Below the pieces are notes generated by a model. The model was not told the DNA's origin, did no database searches, and saw only the letters and a program-made list of their open reading frames with translations. A stretch of DNA of 64,000 bases from the human T2T-CHM13v2.0 reference genome, Homo sapiens, in NCBI RefSeq assembly GCF_009914755.1, contig NC_060939.1; one strand, written 5' to 3'. Numbering within the stretch: position 1 is the stretch's first letter; each line of letters opens with the position of its first letter. The translations under genes were made by a program, and so were the position numbers. This document shows positions 13,476 through 28,576 of this stretch, piece after piece.

Positions 13476-14028
13476 TCACTTCCATTTTTTTTTTTTTAAA
13501 GCAGAGCAGCTGACACAAATCTTCAACTCATTGATGATGGCATCTGACTGTTCCAGGTATTAAGAAGAGAGAAAGAATCTGAGAAATTATGGCGTACTCA
13601 ACTGTGGACAGCTGAAAGTCTGGCATAGCGTGCCCTCATCATCACAAATGGGCTCGCATTACAAGCTACACTTATTTGACAACTATCAGCATTTGTCAAC
13701 CGGCACTCAGATTTGAAGACTCATTTCACAGCTGGAGCAAGAGAAGACAGGAAGGAAAAATCAGAGTAAGGTTTCAATGAGTTTCTGCAAATTCTCAGAA
13801 GTTTTGCTGCCACTCAGTGTCACAATAACAAAAAGAAATAAAAATAGCTGATATTTACTAAACATCTACTCTGTGCCATTTTAAGTGCTTTACATATATC
13901 GGCTCATTAAATTTTAACAACCACATAAGGTAGGTACTATTGATAGTTCCCAGTTTATACATGGGAAAACCGAGGCCTATCAAGGTTAGGAGATTGCTCA
14001 ATGTCATACCTTAAATGCAAAGGTTTTC

Positions 14029-14155
14029 TCCATGATGTGCTTATTTCACATTGCATGCCTGTATCAAAACATCTCATGTACCCAATAAATACATATACCT
14101 ACTATGTACCCACAATTTTTTTAAATTATATTAAAAAAAAACCCAAAGGGGAAAA
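14029..14155 (+). mobile_element. Very short 5'-truncated L1MA-type insertion
   Basis: cattgcatgcctgtatcaaaacatctcatgtaccc...ctactatgtacccac L1 3' terminus, A-rich tail, TSD AAAGGTTTTC at 14019-14028 and 14156-14165. Confidence 0.85.
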
Positions 14156-14547
14156 AAAGGTTTTCCAAGTATAGTTCAGAACCTTTTAGGGGATCCATAA
14201 TGTCAAAACTATTTTCACAATAATACAAAAAGTTATGTATTTACCCTTTCACCCCATTCTCTCATGAGTCTGTATGATATGTGACATCACAGCTGGTTGA
14301 ATGCAGATGATATAGAACCCAGGTGTCTTCTATTATGTTAACTAGTTTTACAAAAGTGTAAAACAATGGCATTCTTCTCATTAACTTGTTTTTGTTTTGG
14401 AAAATACAATCATTTTGTAAACACATCATGGGTTCACTATTTTTTAACAAATTAATAAAAGTATTTAGATTTTTTTCTTCATTTTCATTCCTAAGATAAT
14501 AAATATTGATAGTGGGGTCCTGAGATCACAAAGTTTGAGAACGCCAG
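14156..14547. mobile_element. Charlie1-derived hAT element (MER119-like)
   Basis: gtcaaaactattttcacaataatac, gtaaaacaatggcattcttctc, terminal ggggtcctgagatcacaaagtttgagaac; inverse homologue at 55350-55868. Confidence 0.7.
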
Positions 14548-14658
14548 CCAAGCAAGTGTCAGAGCTAACTCCAAGCCTATGAACCTTAGTGCCCACAACA
14601 CTGACCACTACATGAAACCACCTCTCTCAATCAGTGGTGTCATTTGGAAAGCTTCCTT

Positions 14659-15340
<682 letters not shown>

Positions 15341-15369
15341 ATTTAAAATAACAACATTAGCATTGACCT

Positions 15370-15905
15370 GGGTTAAAACCCTCTAATGGTTTTCCATTTT
15401 ACTTGGAATGAATCCAGACTCCCTATTCGTCATGTCCTAAGAGCCCTTCCTGGTCCCCTGCCTGCCAGACTCTTCAACTTCACCTCACAACATTCTCACC
15501 CTCCCTCACCTAGCTGAGGCTTCGCTGATGGGCTTTCTCCAACTTATCTGGCTCATTCCTGCCTCAGGACATTTGCACTGGCTGTACCCTCTGCCTGGAA
15601 CACTTTAATCCCAAGGTATTCATATGGAAGTTTCCTCTGAACACTCAGGTCACAACTCCAGTGTCACCTCACCCTCTCAGTGACACCTTTTACATTACCA
15701 AGTTCTTTCTTAACAATTCTGATATTATCTTACTGATTTATGTCTTTATTATCTGTCTTCATCCCACTAGAATATAATCTCCATGAAAACAGAAATTTAC
15801 TCACAACTATAATTTTAATGCCCAGAGCAGGATCTAGCCATTGGTAGATACTCTACAAATATTTGTTGACTGTAGGTACTCTATAAATACTTGTTGAATT
15901 AATTA
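15370..15905 (+). mobile_element. L2 3' fragment
   Basis: cctcaggacatttgcactggctgtaccctctgcctggaa...aaatatttgttga. Confidence 0.75.
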
Positions 15906-17043
15906 TTTTACAACTTTTTAGTAAATGCTACATATTTAACTTTCTACTAGGCATTTTCCCATAGATGCACCATAGATTCAAACTTAATATATCAAGACCA
16001 GAGCTCATCCTCATATTACCTTAACCAGACGCCCCTCCTGGGTTCCCTATACCAGTATCTGATACCATCACATCAATCAGAAATCTGAGATTTGTCCCTC
16101 TCCCCAACACCCCATATCAAATCACTCCCCAGATACCTGATGGCTTGTGTTCCTGCCCAAGCTATTCTTCACTTCTGGAACTTTCCTCCTGTTGTCTCCT
16201 CTGCTGGGATGTCCATCCTCTTACTTCTCATCTGCTTCAATATGTTTGATCCTGGAAGGGTCAGCATGGGAGGGGGAGTGGGCAGGTCTTCCAGGAAGCC
16301 TTTCTGAGTCCTGGCCACTCCGTGCCTCCATGAGTGGCTTCTGGACCACTCATCGGTAGTTCCATGATGCCCCTATACCTCACTGCTTCTTAACTACTGA
16401 CTTACAATTATTTATATGCTGGTTCCTAGCCCTGTCTCACTAGACTGTGAGCTACTTGAGAGCGGGTAATCTAACTCACCCGTGGGGCCCAAGAACCAAA
16501 CTCAGAACCTGCTCAATAAAAGGAAGCTGGTGTCTTAAGGGTAAGGGAGTTGGCAGACAGAACTGTGTGAATTTGAGTAGGATACTCAATCTCTCTGTGT
16601 CTTGGTTTCCTAGGCTATAAAATGAGGATTACAGGGAGGCTGTGAGCATTCAATGAAATGAGGTAAATGCCACGACAGCACCTGAAAGACACTGCTCAAT
16701 AAGTGAGCACCATATTATGGAAGGAAGAAAGGAGGGAGGATGGGGGGAGCATGCAGGGATCCAAGCTTCAAGAGATGTGTTTAATGGGTAAATAAAAAGG
16801 TACATTTTCATGCTAATCATATTTTTATAAAAATAGAATTCTTTATTGAGACAATTAACCATAGATATTTATTTCTATAATAAACTATGGTAGCCATGAG
16901 ATCAATATAACATCAGAACAAGATTTAAAGAAAAATGAGTACCTTGGTACAATTACTTTCTTCATGAATACTTAATTATTTCAATCACTGTTCACTCTAA
17001 TTCTGGTTTTTATCTCAGGCTCTACCAAAATGTGTTAACCTGA

Positions 17044-17435
<392 letters not shown>

Positions 17436-20400
17436 AAGCAATGTTTCTTCTACAACAGGTTTCTGTTGAAGAATCCTTGCAAGAGATCTCCAGCTACTCG
17501 AATAGTTATTCTAGTAAATGCCCCACTTCTACTTGTGGTCCTTAGATCCCCTTGGAAAAATTTTAAGGCCCCCTTCTGGTGACTAGGACTAGCTGAGAGG
17601 GGCACATGAGCCCAGATCAACCTCCCTGTTTCTCCCCTTCCAAGCATGCTCGGGCACTCTACCACCTCTTCTTCCCTCCCAACCCACCCAACACAGGTTG
17701 ACCAGATGCCCTGAAGAGAGGGGCAGGGTGGAGGTTGAGGGATGATGACTCTTTTCAGATTTCTAGGTCGACACTCTGATTTTGGGTGACTCAAATTGTT
17801 TATATAAAAGGAGTCCCACAAAAAACCATTTTCCCTAGGGCACCCATACTCACAGGGGAAGCCATGGCACCTCTGCCTCCAAAATATTTGTTCCCTATCT
17901 CCAATACTCTGAACAAGAGAGAAAAGCCATGCTACTACAAGATGTCACAAGTCTGTTTAAAATCCTATAAGTGTCTCTTCACAGATCAGAAAAAAAAAAA
18001 ACAGGGAGGAGAGTTCATTTTTCCAACTTCACTGTTTTTTCTATTTAAGGAAAGCTCCTCGCTCCCTTCTTTATGGGAGCAATTTATCAGCCTTATCAAC
18101 CATTTTACATAGAGTTAAAAATACTCCAGCTACAAATTACAATCTAAAAACAGCTTGGAGAACACAAAACCTATGATTTATAGAATGACACATTTAAATA
18201 AACCTTAATAAAGTTCTTAAACAGCTGCAAAGGGCTTTCTCTGCTCTTTCTGCTCGACCACTGGCTGAGCTCCTTGTTCAAATAACAGGATGAACTTACT
18301 ACCTCTTTGGAGATGTGTATCCCCCTTTTCCTATGTGTTGCAGAGGAAACCTATCTAATGACCTTTTGGGGGCCTTAAAAAACATTTGTCATTTAAAGAA
18401 AACACATTGTGGAATAAATATGAGGTGCTCAGCCTCAGCACATCTGTTATTGATTTGTGTAATTAGTAAAAACCCGCTCGCAGCATCCAGGAGGAGTGAC
18501 CCAGGCCTGAGCACTCGTCCAGTCCTGGACTTTCCCCAGAGCACATCTGGAAGGTGAGGGGGAGCAGAGCTACCATGCCAGGTGGAGACGGGCTCACAGG
18601 TAACCAAATCCATGAAGTCATCAAAGCCTTAAGATTAGTCGCAGTCTTTCACGTCACTTTCCAAACTTTTTGTTGCTTTATTATACTGTTTGACAGAACT
18701 AAAGTTTTTCCAGCCTTGACAAGATAATTGCTTCCATATCACAGTAGAATTGAAGAAAAAAATATACACAGCCCTGTATCTCACTGACAATGATAAATTG
18801 TCATCAGATAATATCATCTCACAAGTACACAGTACCAGTAGTTGCATAATTTTAAGCATGAATTTTCTAAATAGGACTTCAACCAATTTTTTTTATTTGG
18901 CTGTATCCTTGGTAGGGGACAGTTCCTCTTTACGAAAAGTCCTGAAGGCATAGGGTGCTTTTAAAATAAGTTACAGGTATAAATTGTGAATCCAAACCCA
19001 CAGTGGATGCCACAAAACTCATGTGGGTTTCAATAATAGATTGGGATAAGGCATGTCCTTAAAAAGAATCCATGATTCAGTTTAGAGACCTAGTCTCCTT
19101 TATCCAAACCTCTCTGTTCCAGAAATCTGGCTGGAAATCTCATTAGAACAAATTATATTTAATTTGTTTCTCAGTGGCAGTTGAGTTGGAGCGTTTGCCA
19201 GCAGAAGGTGTCCTCAAGCTTCCAGATGATTCTACAAACAGTTCGCCTAGGGACAGGCCTGTCCCTCCCACAGCTCTAAGCTATGACACACCCCGCAAGT
19301 CATGAGGTCTCTTTCAATAGAGAGCTCATTTCCTCCACATAGTCATATTGAACTGAGTGTTTCTGGATATTTCTCCTTTAGATTCCAAATAAAGCAAACA
19401 TTTTCTGATTAGGGGTTGAGGGAAGACAGTATTTTTTAAAAAAAAAAGGATATGGCCATTAGCTTTTCCAAATTTATGACAACCCAAGAGGTCACTTATC
19501 ATCAGGTAGAGTAGGCAGAGCGCTGAAGTGGGAGCCAGGAGACTTGGTTCCGGTCCTAGCCTTGCCTACCGCTGATCCTCAGCTCCTGCAGGATCAGGAT
19601 CCTCCTCTGTAAAACGAGAGACTGGACTCAATGTCCCTGAAATTCTCTGCCAGAGTAAAGATTCTAGGTTCAACAAGATACATACTTTTTGTTCTTTGTT
19701 CCCGCTGCTTCTCCCAGGAAATTCCACCCAACATAGGAAACAAAAGGGAGTCTGGTCCGCGGGTTCTTTTCACTGTACATCTCAAGCCAATCACAACATA
19801 AGCAACGTACTGAAGTTAACCAGAGGAAAGTCCATAAACCAACGACAACCCAGACTACATCACATCACCATCCATCACAGATGTCCTAAGTGCCACCATC
19901 CCACAGGCAGTAATGCTTCCACCCATTGGCCTTCTTGAAGCCTTGCACACCACAGCTGGATTTGCCTACACATGTGCCCCAGCCCACCTACCAGGATGGG
20001 GCATTGGCTGGAATCTGCTGGAGCTCTCATCAGATAATAATTGCCTGGATAAAATCCACCAGGCCCCAAAGGCAGACTGATGTAGTAAAGAAACAGCACA
20101 TGTCACTTCATTAAATAATTAAGCTGGTGTTTTAGAAAGTCAACATTGTGTCTTAAAAAACACAATCTGTTTACATTTGGTCAGATGTTTTCAGCTGAAG
20201 AAAGGATTACTTCCAAACAATCTGTTGAGAGGTACACGGAAGAATATTTAGGCGCTTATGAATCATGCTGTGATTTGACAGGGTTGGCCCCAAGACATGG
20301 CTTATCCATAGTAAATTTATTCCAAAAGAAATTTTTGGTAGAGAAATAAAAGAAAGGAGATTATGGGATTTTTCAACATTTGTTATGCATTTATGAAAAT

Positions 20401-21578
20401 AAAATCTTTCCCAGACTGTAGGTTCCTTGAGGGTAGGAACAGCATCCCTTTGATTCACTCTGTTGTTCCTGGGGGGCCATCAGAGCACCTGGCCCTAAAT
20501 TGGCACCCAGTTTATTGTTGGTAAATGAGCAAGCATTCAGACCACAGGTTCTGCATTGGACAATATGTGTGAGAGTCTCACTGCTGTCAGGACTGGACAG
20601 AGAAAGTGATGGAAGATTAGGCCTACCCAGGAATGGCCTCTAAAGAGATGCTGGCTATTACCAAATCTGCCAGGCCTTGGAGTTATTACTACTGGCTCCA
20701 TTTCACTATGGAGCTTTCAATCCTGTTAAAGCAGTTTAGGAGAGGGGTGGCAGGGAGTGGGAAGACCTCAGACAGCTGACTTTCTTTAAAAGACTGGAAG
20801 TAAGTGGCTATCTAAGGGGCTTTAGGGGCTAAGAAAGTCTCATCACCCAACACATGGTGTTGGAGGCCAAAGCCACATGTTGGGTGATCTTAACGGGGAA
20901 GTGAGAGAGTATGACAGTGAAACTGTCCCCCATTCAAAAATTCTCATTCTCTGTAGTTCTTACAAATATGTTGTTTTCTTTTCACTTGCCTCATTTACAG
21001 CATATTGTCCTTAGAAAAACAGGACTAAAAAAAAGCCAAAACATTTTTCAGTTAAACCTGTTGCTAATCAGGCCCTTCCAGTGAAAAACAGGGAATGGAA
21101 AAGAGACAATGATCCCTGCCAATCCCAATTCCAAATCCGAGCCACCTTCACAGCCAGTCTTCAATACCGCGAACATGCCAGGCCACTCCCATGTGGGGTG
21201 TGGCTGGGGAACACCAGAGTTTCCAGCTTTACAGTGGTAGAACACCTGCTCTAGAACAGGCTTCTTGCTATAGACAATACTGCTAAGTAAGCTCCCCATT
21301 CAATGCCATGAAGTTTTTGAAAGGTATTTCTCAATGAGTTGGTGTTAAACAGAATTTTAGAAATTACAAGATTTTAGCTAATTACAGGTCAGTTGGAAAG
21401 TGTATGAGGGGAGGGATGTCCTCCTTTTACTCCAAAGTCTCATACCCTTCTGCAAATCAAGCCCCAAATCCCTGAAGGGAGCTAGAATTTCAGGCCTTCA
21501 GATCTCCACTTAATTTTTAAAATATTCATACACTTGCTTGCAGACTAATTGTGCCTAAGTCATCCCAGATCCTCCTAA

Positions 21579-21950
<372 letters not shown>

Positions 21951-22158
21951 AAATACAATATTTGTATTAGACTGATTTATGCACTTATTTATTTCCCAAT
22001 GAGAAAAACCAGTTCTAGGTGGGCAAGAGTTTGTCCTTTTCATTATTTTGTTTTCTCTTCCCAAGATAGCAAGCAAGTCTTTCTATTAGCAAGTTGACAA
22101 TGTCATGTGACTCACAGATGAGGAAGACAGAAATTATTAAATTAAAAACAACATCTTG

Positions 22159-22457
<299 letters not shown>

Positions 22458-23699
22458 TTAAAAGTCTATAGACTCAGAATAGTTAAATAATTTATAATCT
22501 GGGTTTCAGAATGTCATTAAGAAAAATAACATGTTTGAAGAATGTAAATCAAGAGAACTTTCTTAAAGTGTGACAAGTTGTGTTTTTAATAAGAAAGCTA
22601 TAAAAGAATACGATTGTAGTAGTATAAAAGTTGAGATATATTCACATACAAATATTTTTATAAGATGAAAAAAACTTTGAGAATAATGGAAAAGACTTTG
22701 CAGAAGTTTAAACGTAAACCCTTATTTTGATATATAAAATGGGTATTTTGTCCCTTGGACTAGAGTTAATTATTAAAATGGAAGTTTTTGTAAAGGGAGA
22801 AACATAAAGAGCCTGTTCCTATGGGGACAATATTCTTGTTATCATTTTGCTCTTTGTACATCTTATTGTTTTCAAAACACTAGAACTGGGATAAGTAGTG
22901 AGGCAATGTCAAGTTTTGAAATTGTTGCTATAGAAGCATCCATTCCACAATGTCCCAAAGTGAGCTCCATATGGCACCTGTTCTACAGGACATTATATGT
23001 GTTGCTTAGAAAAAGCAGCGTTCCATGCAAAATGAGTTTGGGTAATAATACCAAATCTCATTGACTCTAAAGCACAATTGATTGTAAGAAATACCATTAT
23101 CAATGCCAAAATTCAACCAAATGGGGACTCTAACATTCCCATAAAGCTAGGGCAACAAAGAGCTACATCCTCAGTGTAAAAGAGAAATCTTCATGCAGAA
23201 AGGGACTGCAAGGAAACTAGCCTACGTCAACTTTGCACTAACTAAAGGGAGAGACAAAATCTCTCTTGAAAACTTGGACCACAAGCTGGTATTCACTAGA
23301 ATCTGCAATCTGAATTCAAAAAATCTTTGGAAAGAGAAAGATCTTAGGTTGGCAGCAGTGCCCACAGGGAACTGGATGAAGTCACACAAATGCTCTCTGG
23401 AAAACCTGACTTCAATTCAGATCAAAGGATATTGTAATATACTTTTGATTGTAAAGACATATCCAAGTCTTAGAGATGTCAGATGTGAGAATACATGTAT
23501 ATGCATCTTGGAGTCAAATATAGTAGTGTTTCTTTACATTTGGACTTGTCAGAGCCTACAATTCACAGACTAATGTGAACTGTAAATTTTTAAGCCTGAA
23601 GAGAGAAGATGGGGAGGTGAGAGTGGGAAGAAATAGAATTTACTGGACAGTAGAACTCCCAAATATTATTATTTAGAAAATATCGAACAAAGAGCTGAT

Positions 23700-24137
23700 A
23701 TAGACTAAGAGGTGGAAACAACCCAAATGTCCATAGATGGATACATGGATAAACAAAATGTAGTATATACATACAATGTAACACAATTCAGCCTTAAAAA
23801 GAGGAAAAATACTGCCACATGCTACAACATGGATGGATCTTGAGGACACTATGCTAAGTGAAATAAGCATGTCACAAAAAGACAAACACTATATGATTCC
23901 ATTTATATGAGGTATCTAAAGTAGGAAAACTCATAGAAAAAGAAAGTAGAGTGGTGGTTGCCAGGGACTAGGGGAAATGCAGAGTTGTTATTGAGTGGAT
24001 ATAAAGTTTCAGTTTTGCAGAAAGAAAAAGTTTTAGAGATCTGTTACATAACAATGTGTACATAGTTAGCACTACCGAACTCTACACTTAAAAGTAGTTA
24101 AGTTGGTAAATTTTATGTGTTTTTTACCATAATTAAG
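23700..24137 (+). mobile_element. L1MB-type 3' fragment
   Basis: ggaaacaacccaaatgtcca...acatggatggatcttgaggacactatgctaagtgaaataag...gtggtggttgccaggg. Confidence 0.85.
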
Positions 24138-25621
24138 CTAATATAGACCATGATTGTAAAACCTACTTCATATGGTTATTGTAACTACTGAGCTAATAAA
24201 AGTAAAACATTTAGACAATGCCTGAAACATAGTAAGTACTATTTAAATGTTAGGTATAATTATAACTTGTTTGTATCCCTGCTTGTTAGTGTCAACAATA
24301 TCATGATTCTACAAAGAAGCTGACCCCACAGCATTGATGCCACTACATGGGTACTGTCACTGACTGGCTGTCCTCTCCTCTCCAACAGGTGATAAGCAAT
24401 TACTACTTGTCACTCTCCTGGAAAGCCTATCTACTTCTCTGACAAGTCTGGATATAAAACCTTAAACCTTCCACAACATGAACAGCTAATAAAATTTGTC
24501 AGATCACACTTTGCCATGCCCATCAAGAGCACACTTCTTAACATACCCAGGACATAAGGTCCAGGAGGCACCACGGCCTGACACAGAGCAAAGGCTTAGT
24601 GAATATTTATTAAATGAGTGAAATCCTTAAATAGTGGGACCAAAGTACCCTTTCCAGTATAAGCTTTGGTCCCAATGTGATAAGGTCATCGTACAAATCG
24701 GGGCAAAGTAGAGAGCAGTCCAGGACTCCTATTCAGAGGCCCAATTATTTTTATATGGTGATTGCTCCTCTGCGTAAAAAAAGGTATCCTGCCCTATTTA
24801 AATCAGACAAGAACCAGCCAAAACACCTGGAAAATCCACTCTATGTCTTTCCTAGAATGAAAGGATGTATAAATAACTAAGAAATGTATCACCTGTAGCC
24901 CAATTAACTATTGTATCATATTAATATTAACACAACTGAGAAAAACAGCATTCCATATTCTGAAATCAGTTCCATAACCGCATTTAGATCTTAAGACCCT
25001 GAGCCCCTTTGCCACAGTGGTGATCAGGCTGCACACGTTTAAACAGACCAGATCCAGAGCCTGCAGGGATGGCCCCTGGGGTGGGTAGAGTAAGTGGCAA
25101 CTGTGTGAGTGACTGGAGGCACGTCGGAATGGCTCTCTTTGCTGCACCTGCCTCAAGCATGGGAAAGGACTATAGAAACACCCACCAACATGAAATGACT
25201 AGAAGGCCTTCTATATGGCAGGTAACATTCAAGATTTTATTACAGATGTATCGATGAGTTAGATGTACTTCTTTTCCTCAAGGAGCTAATGGTTAAGCTA
25301 GGTAAGATATAATAGACTGGCTAAACTGGGGAAAGAAATCCTGTACCATGAACAGACATCCCTTTTCCACCTGGCCCTGTCTTAGCGCAGGTAAAATATG
25401 CCTCAGGGACAGTGGTCTGACAAGAGGGCTGAAAGGATTTTAAATCCTCTGGAAAAATTCAACTGGGGGAGATCAGCTGTTGGCTTAACTGGCCCCTCTG
25501 CTTTAGAAAAGATGAATACGGTCTAATGTTGTTGACAAAACAAAAAGTCAGCAGATTGGACTTTACTCTGGTCTGGGTTCAAGGAAGCAGAACTTGGGAT
25601 ACTCTTCTAGGTTTTCTAGCC

Positions 25622-25724
25622 CAGTGGTTCTCAAAGTACAGTTCTAGGGGCTAGAGCCCAGTGGGCAGTGCTTTAACCAGCCCTCCAGGTGATTCCTATG
25701 CACGCTAAAGCTTGAGAACCACTG
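25622..25724. mobile_element. Internally deleted MER5A-like element with both TIRs
   Basis: cagtggttctcaa / ttgagaaccactg perfect inverted ends; ccctccaggtgattc core. Confidence 0.8.
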
Positions 25725-27616
25725 GTCCAACCCAATTCACTGGCTTAAGAAAGAACACAGATGGTCAACTGGGACTAACAATAGATTCAAAATGAAGATT
25801 GTGCAATTAACTAGAGATTTCAGTGTAAAAAAACAAAAGGGAAAGGAAGGGACACAGAAAAGAAACATGTTAGTTAAATCAAACATTTCAGAAACCTAAT
25901 CACAGACAGGTGGTGTGCCTTACAGCTGGGTTCAACCATCAAGCTGCTCATGTCTTTGGGGCAATTATTGTTCTCCCTTGTTGTTCTCTTTTAAAATGCA
26001 AATACCAGTGAAAGAATAAAAATTCTAGTTGCTTAATATCTGGCTCTGACCGATTTTTATCAGAACCCAGAAAATGACCTAAATGTAGAGGTTAGAAGTC
26101 ATTGAACGTTAGTTTCAACTTCACAGTTTTAACAGACAACTTAGTGGAACAGTTGCCTATTCAAGCTTTGTGCGTCTGCAAATACAAATCACTGACTACT
26201 CTTCTGTGTTCTAAGAGTTTTTAAATGGGGTTTGTCCCTTCATAGTCTTGAGATTCTTCAGCCTTAAGCCTTTGGAATATGAAAATTAGATCTCTTAGAA
26301 ACACCCGTTAGCAGATGGTCTTGCTTTGTTCTTATGTGGAAGGAAAATCAACAGACTAGGAAGCCACAGGCCACATTCCAATGCTTGTCTTTGTTGGACA
26401 AAGGAGGAATTATGAGCATGCAAATAACCCCAGCCCCACGCCTACTCTGAAGTAGCACTAAGATAACTTCTACTTCTGAGTAGCTAAAATCAAGACTCTG
26501 CTTTACTTCAACTGTCAAGAGATTAACAAAAAAAAGGCAAAAATATCAACATAATCTACTCTTAGTTTAGGGCATGTTATCCTAAAAAGAGAAAATTAGG
26601 AATGGGAACAGGTATGCCTCACTTTAAGAAATCTTAACTTCCCAGAAGAAGGAAAAAATGTTGAAAATGTATTTTCATTGTAAAAAGGAATTCACTAATC
26701 TCCCTTAGCACATGTAAGAAGAAGATGCCAAGATTTCATTTATCCTCAGTCTTTTTGAATAAAATGATTTTTTAAAAATCACCTTCATGCATATCGTTGA
26801 ATCCATGTCATTGATTAAACCCAAAGAAGGGAAGAACAATTGAATAAATCTCTGAGTGTTATGGTTACCATTTCCTTTTCAAGGACAATCTTTTTCTTGT
26901 ATTGTTGTTCAAAATGTCAATGCCATATCTACATTTAAGTTTTTGGTAACAAATTTTTTAAATTTATAAGTATATTTAAATGATATAGACATTACATTTT
27001 ACAGTTGATTCATTGGGTCAAAACTTTTCTGATATTGAAGATGTGTGGTTAAATAACTATCCTTTAATGTATAAGAAGCGATATAAAAATAGAATCCTAA
27101 TTTATACATTTGCTAATTTTCTTTCTTCCTACCAGCATTATCTATAGATCAACTTTTAGCTGATGAATTGCTGTCTAAACAGCTTTGATGTCAGAGTACC
27201 AATCAGTCCAGATACATTTAGTGTGTTGGATAAGAAACCATCTTCCCAGTAAAGATACCTCAACATTTCTTATTAGTGATTTGCAGACTTCTGTTCTAAA
27301 TTAAAACTCTACAACAAGCTTACCTGTCATCATACCAAAAACATTTCAACAAAAACTAAAGTATGCATGGAAGGAGTACTCACTGGTTGACTATCTAAAT
27401 AAGAAAATAAATAAATAAAATTCCAGCTAGGTACATATTCTTCTTGGGTACAAAGCTCAAGTCAACTATCAATTACATAATTGTAATACTATTACTTGAA
27501 TCAGCCATTAAAAAATGCTCTGAATTTATTAGTAAAGAGCTATGAAGAAGAGTCATTTGTAATATCATACAAAAAAAAACAAACAAACAAACAAAAAAAA
27601 ACATGCTTTTACCAAC

Positions 27617-27840
27617 CTGGGCTGAGAAACCACAGAAGAAACCAAACCAGAAATGCACAAGTGTAAATGCAAAATTCTTATAGAAGAAATAGCATAAGAA
27701 TTTGCACATTCGGAAATAAGACCACCTTCCATGAACAAGGAGAAGCCTTTGGAGATATCTAAACTGTGCAAATGAATAGTCGCTGGCTAAGACTGCTTGC
27801 AATCCTTCCTGGCCGCTGATGCCAACACCAATGTGAGCAC
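27617..27840 (-). CDS. ATP8B4: Coding exon H (224 nt, phase 1-0): (S)[21 protein letters not shown]...[10 protein letters not shown]...[24 protein letters not shown] (TM5)
   Basis: Acceptor tttgtag|GT; donor CAG|gttggt; HGRWSY motif and TM5 FYKN motif of P4-ATPases. Confidence 0.97.
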
Positions 27841-28392
27841 CTACAAAGGAAAGAGGAACACTGTCACTCCCAAAACAAAGCCACGATCTCTTTTGGAAAC
27901 TTGTCATTCCTCTTTTATTTACGGAAAACTTACAGCCATTGCAATTATAATTTTTCACATATATTATCTGATGAAACACTTATGATAGATATTTCTCTTA
28001 GTTTTACAAAAGAGAAAATCAGCCTCAGAAAAGTTCAGTGACTTACAGAAGTTTTTACAATTTGTAAGTGGCAAAGATGGGGTTAAAGTCACATGTTACA
28101 AATGTGGGTCTGGTGTTCTTTCCTCTACACCGTAGCTACTTACTTCCTCAAATAGTAAAAGGTGAACGACGTCTTTTTCTAGCCTAAAAATACACAAATG
28201 GTTTATTTAAAGACAAAGAAATTTTGTTACGAATACTAATAATGGTGGTAGCATTGGACCCAGAAGTATCATTCATTTTAGAATCACTGGCAAAATTAAA
28301 TTTTAATGCAATCTAGTGATTATATATTGCCAAATGCTGAAACTGAGGACCCCATGTATGCAGCATACCCCATTGAGCAAATATCCTCTTAC

Positions 28393-28576
28393 TTTTAATC
28401 ATGCTGACATCATTGGCTCCATCACCAATGGCCAAAGTAACAGCATTTCTGTACTTCTTCACCAGCTCTACCACTTGGGCTTTCTGGAGTGGAGTGACCC
28501 TGCAGCAAATTACAGTCTTACACATGCAAGCAAGTTCTAGGAGATCATTCTTGACATCACTTTCTAGGGCATGAGC
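28393..28576 (-). CDS. ATP8B4: Coding exon G (184 nt, phase 0-1): [36 protein letters not shown]...[15 protein letters not shown](S)
   Basis: Acceptor atacag|GCT; donor AAA|gtaaga; CRVTPLQK and GDGAND motifs. Confidence 0.97.

Larger units (their letters stand above)
13840..14580 (-). mobile_element. MIR interrupted by a Charlie-type element and an L1 tail
   Basis: MIR-like sequence 13840-14017 appears to resume at about 14548 (aagtgtcagagct). Confidence 0.55.
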
